Source: the human T2T-CHM13v2.0 reference genome, Homo sapiens. From it: DNA of 64,000 nucleotides. Below are positions 46,310 to 58,232 of the stretch, in pieces (the stretch's first letter is position 1; each line of letters begins with the position of its first letter). Location of the stretch: assembly GCF_009914755.1 (NCBI RefSeq), contig NC_060926.1. One strand, 5' to 3'. A program made the position numbers and the translations under genes. The notes under the pieces were generated by a model, which did not search any database, was not told the DNA's origin, and saw nothing but the letters and a program-made list of their open reading frames with translations.

Positions 46310-47700
46310 TCTTTCTTTAATGTTAAAGTTTTCTTCCATGTGAAATTTAATTTAAAATAATGCACAAGTTTGAATATAGAGTCATATTATTTTTTCAAAA
46401 CCATTCAATGAACAATTCATCTTTATTTCTTTAATGATTGGAAATCCTAGCTTTATCATAAAATTCATCTACATACATCTTTTTGATTAATGTGTTTATT
46501 TTGTGACAATATTATCCAGTTTTAATAAGTAAAGCATGCTAACTCTATCTGAAAGATCTAGTGACTCTTCAAAATTATTTTTTCATAAACCTCCTGCTAT
46601 CATAAATGCTTAACTGTTCCAGAAGATATTTAATAATTTTCTATAAGTAGAAATTATGCAATTCCAATAATTCAAGAAAAGTTTTATTTTGTGACTGTCT
46701 TACATTTAAAGAGAATTGGCTTATCAACAGTGTCAGTTTTCTAATATTCTTTATTCTCTCATGATCTACAGCTTTATGCTCATATTAGCTACAGACACGG
46801 AACTTATATCTTCCCATGTATCAATATTTATACACCTTATTGCAATGCTTTCTTAATATAAAATGTCTAGTACTTGTAGAACAATATCACATAAGATTTC
46901 TAGTATTATTACAAATAAATATTGTACTGAATTTGTTTTTATTTTAAATTTACAGATGCATGTGCATGCACAGGAAGAATGTTTATTTCAGGAAATAAAT
47001 GTTTATGTTAATATAATCAAAATTATCAATCATTTTTATGATTCACTTTTGGAGTTTTTATTTAGAATGCTCTTCATATCTTGTGTTGTAAAGACATACT
47101 ATTATATTTTCTTTAAAGACTTTCTAATGTTGGTTTACATAGTAGACTAATAAATATAGCATTTATTTTTGTATGTAATATAAGGAAGGAATTATTAATC
47201 TAAGTTCATGTTTCTTCATATGTATAACTAATTTTTAATTATTTTCTGAATTGCTTCTCTTTTTCCTGTTAGTCTACAATGGCAATAGTCATATATCAAA
47301 TATATGTGTATATGTGTTTGTTTATTGATTGATTTCTGGAATCATTATTTTGCTTAGCTTTCCATTTATCTGTCTCTGCACAATACGACTTTCAGGTGCT
47401 GTAAGACTTAATATACTGTGGCTTAAGTAACACTAATTTATTTATTCATTTTCAAAAATATTTTTGCAATTTTTTGGTCCCTTGTATTTCACATGATTTT
47501 TATATGTTGTATCAAGATCCATTAATATTAAGTTCTATCAGAATTTGATGGGAAGTTTTACATTTACATGGGAAAGAGAAGTCATTTTTATAATATTGAG
47601 ATTGCTTATCCATAAAAATGTTCTTTTAAAATTTTTAAATAAAGTTTTAGAATATTCTTACATTAGTTATGGACATATTTTCAACAAAGACATCAAAGTA
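46310..47700 (-). mobile_element. Decayed L1ME-type ORF2 fragments
   Basis: 'ttcatgtttcttcatatgtataactaattt', 'tttggtcccttgtatttcacatgatttt', 'tttataatattgagattgcttatccat'. Confidence 0.5.
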
Positions 47701-48234
47701 AGCCATTTCTGTTATACACAGAAAATATTCCTGTGAAAATTATTTTTTCTTTTACAATAGTAGCTATTTACAACATATGTACAAAACTGGTATGTGTAAG
47801 TCATGAATTGTATATACAAAAGGGATCCAGGTAACTGCCATTTTATAATCCAAAAGGAGGAAACTAAAGTCTCCTTGAACTAAAATGAAAGACTTGAATG
47901 AATTTATCAACTAGGCAATGATTTTACATACTGTCAGTGATTGACCGAGAGAACAGGAAAGTTTTGTTTTTTTTAATTTCTAAATTTACTTCTATTTTAT
48001 AAAGATATCAGGGTATCTTTACAATCATGATACACACCAAAATTGTAAACTCTCCTCCAAGAACACCATTGAAAGGTCTTCAGAACCTTAGGATAAAGTA
48101 GGAAGTAAATTTTATTGCTATTTTTAAATAAGTCGTATAATAAAAAATGCCAGTGATATTTTTCATGTGATTTGCTTCATTAAATGACACAGGCATCTCA
48201 CTTCAAACTCTTCTCTCACAACTTCTCCTCTGCT

Positions 48235-48700
48235 TCCTGACACTCCAGGCCTAGCGACCTTCAATTCATTTCTGGAAGAGTCAAGTTGAATTAAACTATG
48301 CATGTCTATGTCTTGGAGCTATGTCTCACAACATATGCACAGGGCTATTTCCTTGGCCTGTAATCCTCAGCCTCTAACTCTCTACATTTTATCTTGTCAT
48401 TCAAGTCACACATGAATTATCATTTCTTCAAAGGCCTCACTTTAGCCTCCAACCTAAAGCTGTCTCTCTGTCACTTTCCCTCTCATCACCCTGATTTATT
48501 TCTTTCATAGAATCCATCTCTGCCTGCAATTATCTTGTTCAATGACTCATTTATACATCTGTGTCTAATGTCCTCCTTCACTAAAAAAGAAGCTCCCTCA
48601 TGCAGCACTAGATGTATTCTGTTCACTGATGCATCCCAGGCACCTAGAATGGTATCTGGCACATAAATACACTTAATAATTACTTGTTGAATATATGGAT
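48235..48700 (+). mobile_element. L2 (L2a-like) 3' end
   Basis: 'ctgttcactgatgcatcccaggcacctagaatggtatctggcacataaatacacttaataattacttgttgaat'. Confidence 0.75.
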
Positions 48701-48855
48701 ATAATTTCTAAATATTATTTAAATTAAATTACATATTTCATTATAGTATTTGATGAACTTAATGACTACATCATAAATCCTAGAACTGTATATTTGACAC
48801 ATCTGTAATTATTAATCTACTTAGAATATGTCTTTTCTTTGCCATGAACATGTTT

Positions 48856-50120
48856 TTGTAATGATCTGTGAATTTCTTTTTAATTATCTTAAGTCTTATG
48901 ATCACACATAATTTTAAAATTTATGTATATCTCCTCTACTTTAATTCTTTTAAGTTGGCAAAAGCACTATCCACAATCACAAATACAGAGCAGTTCCACA
49001 GTTTTATGTATCTGAATGGCTGTTTAAAGACAATCTTAAATTATAACTTAGTTTGACTTAGATTGTAAAGAATTCAAGAGTGAAGTTTAACTTGCTACTA
49101 TATTAAAAGCATGTGACCTTATAGATCATCTATAAAATGTGAGAAATGTTAAATAATCTTTGATATTACACATAAACCACACTAAAATGCCCTTCAGTAA
49201 GTAAAAAGAACCAGTTTAAATGCAGAGAATTCTAATTAGATTGGCATAGTTAAGGCCAAAAATATAAAGTAGACGTTGCTACCTTATTTATCTTCAACCC
49301 TTGCCTTTAAGAGGCAAATGAACACAAAACACAGATGAATCTTGCTTGGTTCTGAGACAGTGAAGGAATTTCCCGAGTATTTAAATATATTCACATAACC
49401 AGTTATAGAAATCTAAATATAAACCAATATCCAGTAAGTTTTAAGATGGCAGTCACCATCTTTGTGAAAAGTTGAACATTACCAGTGAAGTCTAATCATA
49501 TCTTTAGAAGGGGTAAACAGTGATAGCATTTACTGAATTGGAATTACTATTAAAATTCAAAAACTGAACACATTCATTTAACCACAAGCCAGTCTTAGTT
49601 TTAAATCAGGATTGCCCAGTAAAATATTCTGTCAGTCATTCATGATCTGAATTCTGGTGTATGAGATCTATTAAAGTATGGTACACATAGAAAAGTCATG
49701 AGACATTTCTGTTTTGTAATAAATAAGGCAGTGGCCAATTATTACTCATGAGTAGCTTTTTTTGAGATAAGCTATCAAGTCTGCCCTTTCTGCCTTCTTC
49801 TGAATGCCAGCAAAGATCATTTTTGTTCCAGGGATGTAGTTCTTGGGATTCTGCAAATGCTCCATCACTGTATCCTCTCCCCAGGTGATCTCTTTGTTCT
49901 TACTGGCATCTTTGTAAGAGAATCCAATGGCCTGACCAGTCTTCAGCCCAAAGAGACCATGGAGGTTAGGCCCAGTCTTGTGCTTGCCTCCCTTTTAGGC
50001 ACTGGGCACACTTCTGAACAAAAATCTTCTTGCCTTTCTCAACGTCACCCACATTTCATTCTCTTTTTCATCACTGGTGCAATGAAAGTTCCTGCTCTGA
50101 AGCCGGATGTCCCACTCCCT
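48856..50120 (-). pseudogene. CYCS (pseudogene): Processed (retro)pseudogene of somatic cytochrome c with 5' UTR, CDS (49742-50052) and long 3' UTR
   Basis: Minus strand reads (V)GDVEKGKKIFVQKCAQC/fs/[79 protein letters not shown]/fs/ATHE*. Start codon is GTG; 8-nt deletion at HTVE; +1 A near the end; no introns; ATTAAA at 48879-48884 (minus); degenerate TSD gccatgaacat (48841) / gccacaaacat (50121). Confidence 0.97.
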
Positions 50121-51411
50121 GCCACAAACATTTTCTAAAGGAGTGATGGAAGAAGAGATTTTCTTATTCTTCTAAAAACATATATAAATAATAAATGTAA
50201 AATATGTGTATGAATTCTCAAATTAGTTAGAACAATGTGAAAAGTAATGAGAAATAAATAATATGAAAAAAATAATATTTTTAAAAGCTCATGTAGATTC
50301 TCCTTACTTCCCCCTGCATCTCATTGCTCTTTCCAAAGGATAAGCACAATGAACAGATGGATGTAATTCTTCCTGAACTTTTCCTATGGATTTGTAATCT
50401 GTGACTCTATTTTTATATATATATATATATCTCCATATATCTCTCTCCAAAGCCTTGGTGAGCTTAGCATAATATACAAAAGATCATTAAGGGATGAAAT
50501 ATCAAGAAAGAAAACAACACTTATATTATTTTTTAGAGTAAATGAAGCATTTGGTAAATTGATTAGCACAATTTTTAGCACAAGGTTTTAAAGAAACCAC
50601 ACTGGGAACTGGATTACACAATAGAGTTATATCTTAGATTTCAGAGTAAATGGAAGTAATTTTCTTCAAATATGATTGAATGAATGTGATATTTTTCTTG
50701 TGTGTTAGTGTATTAGCATAAGCAAACTAACCTGAATGCATAAGTAATTTTTTCCTAAAATTTTTCTGCAATTGTCAGAGACAGATTAATTAACCTTAAA
50801 AACATTCCCTAAGTTCACATAAAATATATATAATGCTGTTTATTTAGGGAGAGTAATTAATTTTCTTCAGGGGCTAAAATCACATTCCCTAAAGCAAAAT
50901 CATTCTGACATTATCAAATATCATAGTGTGGTTAAAGAACAATTATAAAGTAATTTACAGAATAAATCTTATTACTTTTCAGAGGCCTTTTGGATTAAGT
51001 GAAAGAAAATGGTACTATATTTGACTTTCAGCCTTCTTTCCTCAAACAGTTGAACATGCAGAAATAAAAAGTGAAATTTCATTACCTATAAACTATTAAA
51101 TTCAAATGACCTAAAAATAATACCTTTAAGAAATCATTGAGCACATTTTTTTCTCAAAACTTATTGCCATTAAAAAAAAATTAAAACTTTTAAAAACCAA
51201 GACACTAGACTTTCTTCACAGTAATGTAGCTTTAACTTCTGAAGGGTTGTTAGGATTTGGTTGTCATCTGTTGATTTCCTGGGATTAAAAATAATCAATG
51301 ACTCATTAATTTGTCAATTGATTTTTTTCTATCAAAAATTATTCGTTAAATGTAGACTGTATTAAAAAAACCCACCTAAAAAGCTGTGGGCTGCTTAAAG
51401 AAACAAATGTA

Positions 51412-52040
51412 TTTATATACTGTTGGTGAGAATGTAAATTAGTTCAACTCCTATGGAAAACAGTATGGAGATTTCTCAAATAACTAAAAATAGAACTGCT
51501 ATTCAACCCAGCAATACTGCTACTGGACATCTACCCAAAGGAAAATAAATTGTTTTATCAAAAAGCCACCTGCACTTATATGTTTATTGCATCACTATTC
51601 ACAATAGCAAGGTCATGGAACAAACATAAGTGTCCATCAACTATTGACTGAATAAAGAAAACGTAGTATATATACACAGTGGAATACTATGCAGCCATCA
51701 AAAAGAATGAAATCATGTCTTTTGCAGCAACATAGATGGATCTGGAGGCCATTATTATGAGATAAATAGCTCAGAAACAGAAAGTCAAATGCCACATGTT
51801 TTACTTCTAGGTGGAAGGTAAACAATGGTTACACATGGACATAAAGATAGAAATAATAGACACAGGAACTCCAAAAGGGGGGAACATGGGAAGGAAGCAA
51901 GGTTTTTAAAGCTATGTATTGGATATTGTGTTCATTGTTTGAGTGATGGGTTCATTTGAAACCCATCCGCATTACACAATATACCTATGTAACAAATATT
52001 CACATATACCCTCTGAATCTAAAATAAAATAAAACTAAAT
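51412..52040 (+). mobile_element. 5'-truncated L1PA15/16-type LINE-1 3' end
   Basis: 'ctgttggtgagaatgtaaattagttcaac', 'attacacaatatacctatgtaacaaa...ccctctgaatctaaaataaa'; degenerate TSD aaacaaatgtat / aaacaaattgtat. Confidence 0.85.
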
Positions 52041-52718
52041 TTAAAAAACAAATTGTATACTCCTAAATAGTTATTATCAGAAACCTTGAAATATAATGGA
52101 AGAAATTTTTCCAATTTTTAAATTTATAAAAAAAAATTATACCAGGCAATATGTAGTGTAAATTAATAAGCAGGATATTATTTAGTTGAAAATGTAAGGT
52201 TAAATGAAGAGGAATCAAAATATAGATAAATTCTTTAAGTGGTCTACACATGATTTTCTTTGTATTTCCATTCTTTTTAAAAATTTTATTTTTCTTAATT
52301 GACAAATAATACTTATGCATGTTGCTGTCATATATAATGATGTCTCAATACATATAATGTATTTTTAAACAGATCAGGATCCACTCTTGTAATCATCATT
52401 AATGCTAATTTCTTATCAACTGAATGTTCACAATAAACTCGTAAGCTTTTTCTAGATCATCTTTGCAGTAATAAGATTTGGCTATAAAAATAAATAAATA
52501 AAATCAGAACAATAACTATGCCACGTTTCTGCTGAAAATTTTATTGCTGTCATATAAATAAATGCTAACATTCAAGGTCTTACATAATCTGACAAAACAT
52601 TGCTCTTTAATTTCTTACTAATTTCTTAGATAATAATAAGAATATCTAGCCTTTCTAAAGTGCTTATATTTTCTAAGTTATAGTATTCAATTTAACTCTT
52701 ACAAATGTTCTATAATTA

Positions 52719-52859
52719 CAGTCATCTCTCGGTGTCTGGTGGGGACTGGTTCCAGGACTGCCGTCTCCTCCACAACTACCACAATCCACAGATGCTCAAG
52801 TCCCACAGTTGGCTTCTGTATTCACAGATGCAGAACCCACAGACACAGAAAACTAAATG
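52719..52859. mobile_element. Internally deleted MER2-like TcMar-Tigger element
   Basis: TA-flanked; 'cagtcatctctcggtgtc...ggggactggttccaggac', 'acagatgctcaagtccc', 'gatgcagaacccacagacacag'. Confidence 0.7.
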
Positions 52860-52984
52860 TAATTACAATTTACAGATAAGTAAAGAAAATCTCAGTACAA
52901 ATTACTTGTCCAATACTGCCTAAATGTGCTAAGACTAGAAGGGAAATCTATTCCAAGAGAATTTACCTACTAGATGGTAGACAT

Positions 52985-53193
52985 CAAGCTTATTCAACCC
53001 ATGGCTTGTGGGCTGCATGCAGCCCAGGATGGCTTTGAATGAGGCTCAACACAAATTCGTGAACATTATGGGATTTTTTGCAATGTTTTTTAGCTCATCA
53101 GCTATTGTTAGTGTTAGTGCATTTTTTATTTGTGGCCCGAGACAATTCTTCTTTCAGTATGGCCCAGGGAAACCAAAAGATTGGACACCCCCG
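52985..53193. mobile_element. MER30 hAT-Charlie DNA transposon
   Basis: 'cccaggatggctttgaatg', 'tagctcatcagctattgttagtgttagtg', 'ccaaaagattggacacccc'; 8-bp TSD gtagacat / gtagccat. Confidence 0.88.
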
Positions 53194-53941
53194 GTAGCCA
53201 TGATTCTAAACTTCCCTCTATTGAGCAATTACTATCTGCCAAACATTATATTAGAGAAAAGAAATAGTAAGCAAAAAGCAACAACAGTATTGTGTAGGCT
53301 ACCCTTAAATGTATTCAAATCCAGCCTAAAAAGTAAATAAATAACATACTAATTTAACAGTTTAATTTTTTTCAAAGTGGAAAGAGAATGAGAAACTGCT
53401 GAGCTCACACATGGAACAGGGACAGTGGTCCATTGTATCTTCCAGAATCACTGCTTAGTTTTTTCCCTCTTCCTTAGCTCCATTGATTTAAAATGACCTA
53501 AGCTTACACATCTCACTTGTCTCACTTACCCCATGATAGTCACCTGGGGTAGAATTAAAGATCAGATTTAACCATAATGCTTATCATATCTTTATCAGTA
53601 GCCTTTTATTACAGCATTCCAGCAATTATATTCCACACTAATTTTGAGCTGATGCTTAAGACATTGACCAAAACAGCTGGTGGACATAATAAATTGTTTG
53701 TAGAATCATGATTTGTCCCTCCCCACAATTTCCTCATGGCCTAGCATTCTGACATTTGAGTCATTTATGATAAATGGTGGTAAGTAAACAACCATCAAAG
53801 AGCACCGTCCCTTCAGTGGAAACAACCTATTCTCTGTGCCAAAGGTTGATGCTGTTGTTTGTCCAAATGTGTGTGACCATATAGAGCTATAGTTATCCAT
53901 TTATTATTTCATCTATGTATTTGACTTTCACTGAGAATCTA

Positions 53942-54017
53942 TCAGGTTGGTGCAGAAGTAATTGCGGGTTTTGCTATTGAAAGTAATGCAAAACCAGTTA
54001 CTTTTGCACCAACCTAA
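53942..54017. mobile_element. MADE1 (Hsmar1-derived MITE)
   Basis: Inverted termini aggttggtgcagaagtaa...ttacttttgcaccaacct, flanked by TA. Confidence 0.92.
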
Positions 54018-54061
54018 TACTATGACTCAGTCACTGTTTTAGATTTTGGTAAACAAGTCTG

Positions 54062-54590
54062 TGTCAGGGCCCCCCAAGAACACTCTCAGGTTTGGTGATT
54101 TACTAGGAAGGCTCATAATATTCAGTATACAGTTGAACACATGGCTATGATTTATTGCAGCAAAAAGAAACAAAGACAATCCAGCAAAGGGAATAGGTGC
54201 ATAATGAAGAGTCTAGAAAAGACAAGGTGTACAGCCTCTAATAGTGGAGTCACACAGAACACAATTTCTACAGCAGACTTGTGACAACACATGAGAAATA
54301 TTGTCTATCAGGGAAGCTCATTAAAGGCAGGGTTTTTATTGCATGCGCTTCACAAAAGCACACTCTGCCTAACACATACAGCATTTCAGAGTCCCAGAAG
54401 GAAAGCAAGTAGTTAGCATAAACCATATTGCTTGCACAGTCTAGACTGAGTGAATCATTCTTATCAGTTATGGAACTGTGGGAACCAATCTGAAATCCAA
54501 GTTTCCAAATACCAGACAAGAGCCTACTTTGTAAGCAGACTTCATAAGGATAGCAATCTCAGGTCTGCTGTGTTAACTGTTTTCTGCACG
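54062..54590 (-). mobile_element. ERVL-class solo LTR (MER68/MER77/MER21-related)
   Basis: Starts 'tgtcagggcccccaagaacac'; 'ggagtcacacag', 'cagggaagctcatta'; ends 'ggatagcaatctcaggtctgctgtgttaactgttttctgcac'. Confidence 0.72.
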
Positions 54591-54719
54591 ACATCACATA
54601 AATCTTGCTCTGTTATAACTTATTCTCTGGCATGTGTGTGTGTGTGGCTGTGGAGGGGGAGACCAAAAAAGCAATAAATTATATGTAATAATATACAGTA
54701 GACCCTGCCACAGCTCTTA

Positions 54720-54930
54720 ATATATTCCAGGTGCTACTCTAAGTGTTTTACCTAATTAATTCACTCAGTCCTTACAACAGTATTTTAATATGGATACTCA
54801 ATATAATCATTCCTATTTTACTATGAAAACTAAGGCACAGAGATTAGATACATTGGTCAAACAGGAAAAAGTCAAGTCAGACATTCAAGGTAAGCAAGGA
54901 AACTCCAGAATCTATAACTTTTATCATTAT
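54720..54930 (-). mobile_element. MIR SINE
   Basis: 'ccaggtgctactctaagtgttttac...tccttacaaca...aaactaaggcacagaga'. Confidence 0.7.
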
Positions 54931-55299
54931 ATAATTCCCTTTCTAAAAAAATAAATAAGAAAATATCAAATAGTAATAAATTCTAGGCTGAGAAATAGAA
55001 TAAGGGATTATCAAAAAATGTATGTTATGAGCAAGGATTGCAATTGGCTGGCATCACGAATTGCCTGTCCAGCTGTTATTGTGCCTTCTCTGTAATGCTT
55101 CCTGGGCTGAATGCCATAAAAATGATTTGGCAATAAACTGGATAAATTGGAGTCTCTGATGACAGAGTCACGTTAGCAATTGTACTAGAGCTAGCCCCAA
55201 CTCAGGGCTTCCTATCAAGTGAATTACATATTATTCTTATGATGTAAGCCACTTGAATAAGAGGTTCTCTTACATATAGCTATAAACATTTGAATTGAC

Positions 55300-55790
55300 A
55301 TAGAAGATTATGTTAAATTAGATGATAAGGAAAGGGTTTTCTTAGTCAATGACACTTAAGTTGAAAACTCAATGACAGGGAAGAGCTCACTATGCAAAAA
55401 TAATTTCAGGCTGAGAAAATCACGTAAGTCAGGCATACTAGTCAGTGTATGTGAGAAACAACACAAACGTGAGAACTGATGAAGCGTATATGTGAGTAGG
55501 AGATGGTGTAAGAAGTGGTGAGTAACAACATATTAAGCTTTGGAGACTGTAATATGAATTGTGAATATTATCTTATGTGCAATTGGAAGCTACTAATGAG
55601 TTTTAAGCATAGATGTGATTATGTTTGTGCTTTTAAAATCACTCAGCTAACTGCAGAGGATAGAAATTTGAGGATCCAGCTTGGAAGAAAGAAAACAATT
55701 TAGAGGCAATTAATAGTGTTCATGTAAAAGATGACAACATTTTGTATTAGATAATAAAAGTACAGAATAAGATAAGTGAATAGATTAATG
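55300..55790 (-). mobile_element. L2 relic
   Basis: 'ttggaagctactaatgagttttaagcat', 'ttttaaaatcactcagct', 'ttagaggcaattaatagtgttcatgtaaaagatga'. Confidence 0.55.
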
Positions 55791-55802
55791 AGATTATTTA
55801 CT

Positions 55803-56167
55803 TGTTTATTATTATTATTATTTTTTAGTGACGGGGTCTAACTCTGTTGTCCAGGCTGGAGAGCAGTGGCATGATCATAGCTCGCTGTATGATCTCAGGA
55901 GTTCAAGGAGTCTTGAACTCCTGAGATCAAGTCATTCTCCTGTCTCAGCTTCTCAAGTAGCTGGGACCACAGGCATACATCACCACACTGGCTAGTTTTT
56001 TTTTTTTAAGTGTTTTATTGTTTTTGTTTTTGTTTTTGTTTTTTTTGTAGAGACAAAATCTTGCTATGTTGCCCAGGCTGGTCTTTACACCTGGTCTCAA
56101 GCAATCATCTCACCTTCATCCCACAAAGTGTTGGGATTACAGGCATTAATTAGACACAGCACCAGGC
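55803..56167 (-). mobile_element. AluJ (Jo/Jr-like) containing an internal inverted duplication
   Basis: 'atgatcatagctc', 'tcttgctatgttgcccaggctgg'; (TTA)n tail; expanded linker. Confidence 0.88.
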
Positions 56168-57094
56168 ATGAGGTGATATTTTGTATATGTGGTCAATAAA
56201 TCTGAACAGTGGAGAAATAAATTATATCAAAAACATCTTTTTTATTGGATTATTTGTCTTTTTCTTACTGACTTACTGTGTTTAGTTTGGTTACATATCC
56301 TTTATCAATAACATATATGCAAATGTTATCATCTTTCCATTGACTAGCAATTTTTCTTTTAAATACAAACACACACACACACACACTATGTACAAATGGC
56401 TGATAGACATAGTAAATATTCTCAACATCATAAAAATTAATAGTATATGAGAGATTTTCAGTTTAAACAAGAATATGTAAAGGTCTTTAAAATTGTCTAT
56501 CCTATTCTTGTGTACTTGGAATAAACCCCACTTGGTTGTGGTATACAATTCTGTTTTTGATATGAAAGGAGTATGTAAGACTCAAGCAAAATAAACTGTA
56601 TATAAGTACTATATCCTAGTTAATAAAGTTGTTCCCCATGGATGTATAGATTATCAATTCTTTTACTGCCATATGTGTGTTCTTGAATTAACAATTAAGT
56701 AATGTATGGTGAATGGTAAGAACCATTTTTTTTTCACCACTGAAGTGGGAAGTTGCATATAAGGGGAAGAGGTTAGAATGATACATACGGTAATTAACTA
56801 CAGTTGGTGACATCACTATGAACTCATGTTGAGGTGAGTATACATAGGCTGTAAGTACATTTTTTTTTTGCTCTATCAGCTGATAGGGCCTAGAATAAAA
56901 CATAGCATAGGAGCAAAGAACGTATTATTATTAAGGAAATATTTATTTCTAATACTAATATTCAATACAAAGAACCAAGGCTTCTCGCAGAAGTGACTGA
57001 ATTATTCTAAGACTTGGCAGAACATAAAATATATACTACGAGCCTGAAGCATCTTATAATGCCAGAAAGTAAGGTTATGTTTAGCATGTGGTTA

Positions 57095-57099
57095 CACAG

Positions 57100-57127
<28 letters not shown>
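57095..57127. repeat. (CA)n microsatellite
   Basis: Run of ca dinucleotides with one interruption. Confidence 0.85.
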
Positions 57128-57131
<4 letters not shown>

Positions 57132-57264
57132 CGCATACACCCTTACCTCACACAGTAATGAGGCTATTTAAAAAGGATACTGAAGTCACCTGAAAGAGCT
57201 CCCAATGGCCAAAGCTAGAATAATTTGAGCATAAAATACATTATTTTGTGTTGGGTTATAAACC

Positions 57265-57736
57265 TGTATTAGTCAGCTAGGGCTGCCATAACAAAATAGA
57301 CTGAATGGCTTGAACAATAAAGATACATTTTCTCACAATTTGGAGTCTGGAAAGTCCACAATGAAGGCCCAGCAAGGTTTGGTTACTGGAGATTTGTCTG
57401 TGCCCAGTTTGCAGATGGATGACTTCTCCCTGTGTCCTCACATGGCAGACAGAGGGTGAGAGAAAACTTTTGCTTATTAGGTTGGTTGGTGCAAAAGTTA
57501 TTGAGGATTTTGTCATTACTTTTAATGGCAAAAACCGTAATTACTTTTACACCAACCTATATAAAGCCACATATAGTACTAATATAAGGCCACAAATACT
57601 ATCAGATTAATTCTCCATATTTATGACCTCATTTAACCTTAATTATTTCCTGAAGGCCCTATTTCCAAAAACAACCACATTGGGTGTTATAGCTTCAGCA
57701 TGTGAAATTTGGAGGGACACAGTTCAGTCCATAGTG
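57265..57736 (-). mobile_element. MaLR LTR (MLT1A0-like)
   Basis: 'tgtattagtcagctagggctgccataacaaaata', 'ctgtgtcctcacatggcaga', 'gggacacagttcagtccata'. Confidence 0.85.
57477..57560. mobile_element. MADE1 nested in the MLT1 LTR
   Basis: ttaggttggttggtgcaaaag...ttacttttacaccaaccta; TA flank; 4-nt duplication in the left terminal repeat. Confidence 0.9.
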
Positions 57737-58232
57737 AACTGTAGTCCTGGCCCTCAAAATTCATATTCTTACATGAAAAATACATTATTTCCATCCCAAC
57801 AGCCCCAAAGACTCAACTCATATCAGCATCAACTCTCAAGCCAAAATTCCAAAATTTAAATGTCATCTAAATCAGATGTGTGTGATACTCAAGGTACTAT
57901 TCATTCTGAGATAAAATTCCTCTACAGCTGTGAACCTGTGACATCAGAAAAGTAGTATGCTTTTAAAATACAACTGTGGAACAGGCATAGGATAGACATT
58001 CTTATCCTAAAAGGGATAAATTAGATGCAAGAAAAGGGTGATAGGTTCTAAGCAAGTTCAAAACTTAGCAAAGCAAGTTTCATTAGATTTCAAGTCTTGA
58101 GAATAATCCTTGGTTCGGTGTTCTCCTTCCAGAACCAACGGGGCAGTGATCCTGCCCTCAGTATTCTCAAGCCTTTACCTATTACCCAGTTTAAAGCCAC
58201 TTTCACATTTTTAGGTATTGGTTACAGAAGCC
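57737..58232 (-). mobile_element. MaLR internal sequence (MLT1A-int-like), internally deleted
   Basis: 'ccatcccaacagccccaaag', 'cagctgtgaacctgtga', 'ggaacaggcataggatagacattc', then 'aaagccactttcacattttaggtatt'. Confidence 0.75.

Noticed and set aside
44679-46320. Cluster of overlapping GC-rich ORFs suggesting a gene or CpG island
   Set aside because: Lies in a decayed L1 5' UTR; CpG-depleted; ORFs follow from GC content.
49742-50052. Functional cytochrome c gene
   Set aside because: Start codon lost, His18 deleted with a frameshift, second frameshift near the end, no introns.
49857-50138. 93-aa plus-strand ORF
   Set aside because: Antisense shadow of the CYCS pseudogene CDS.
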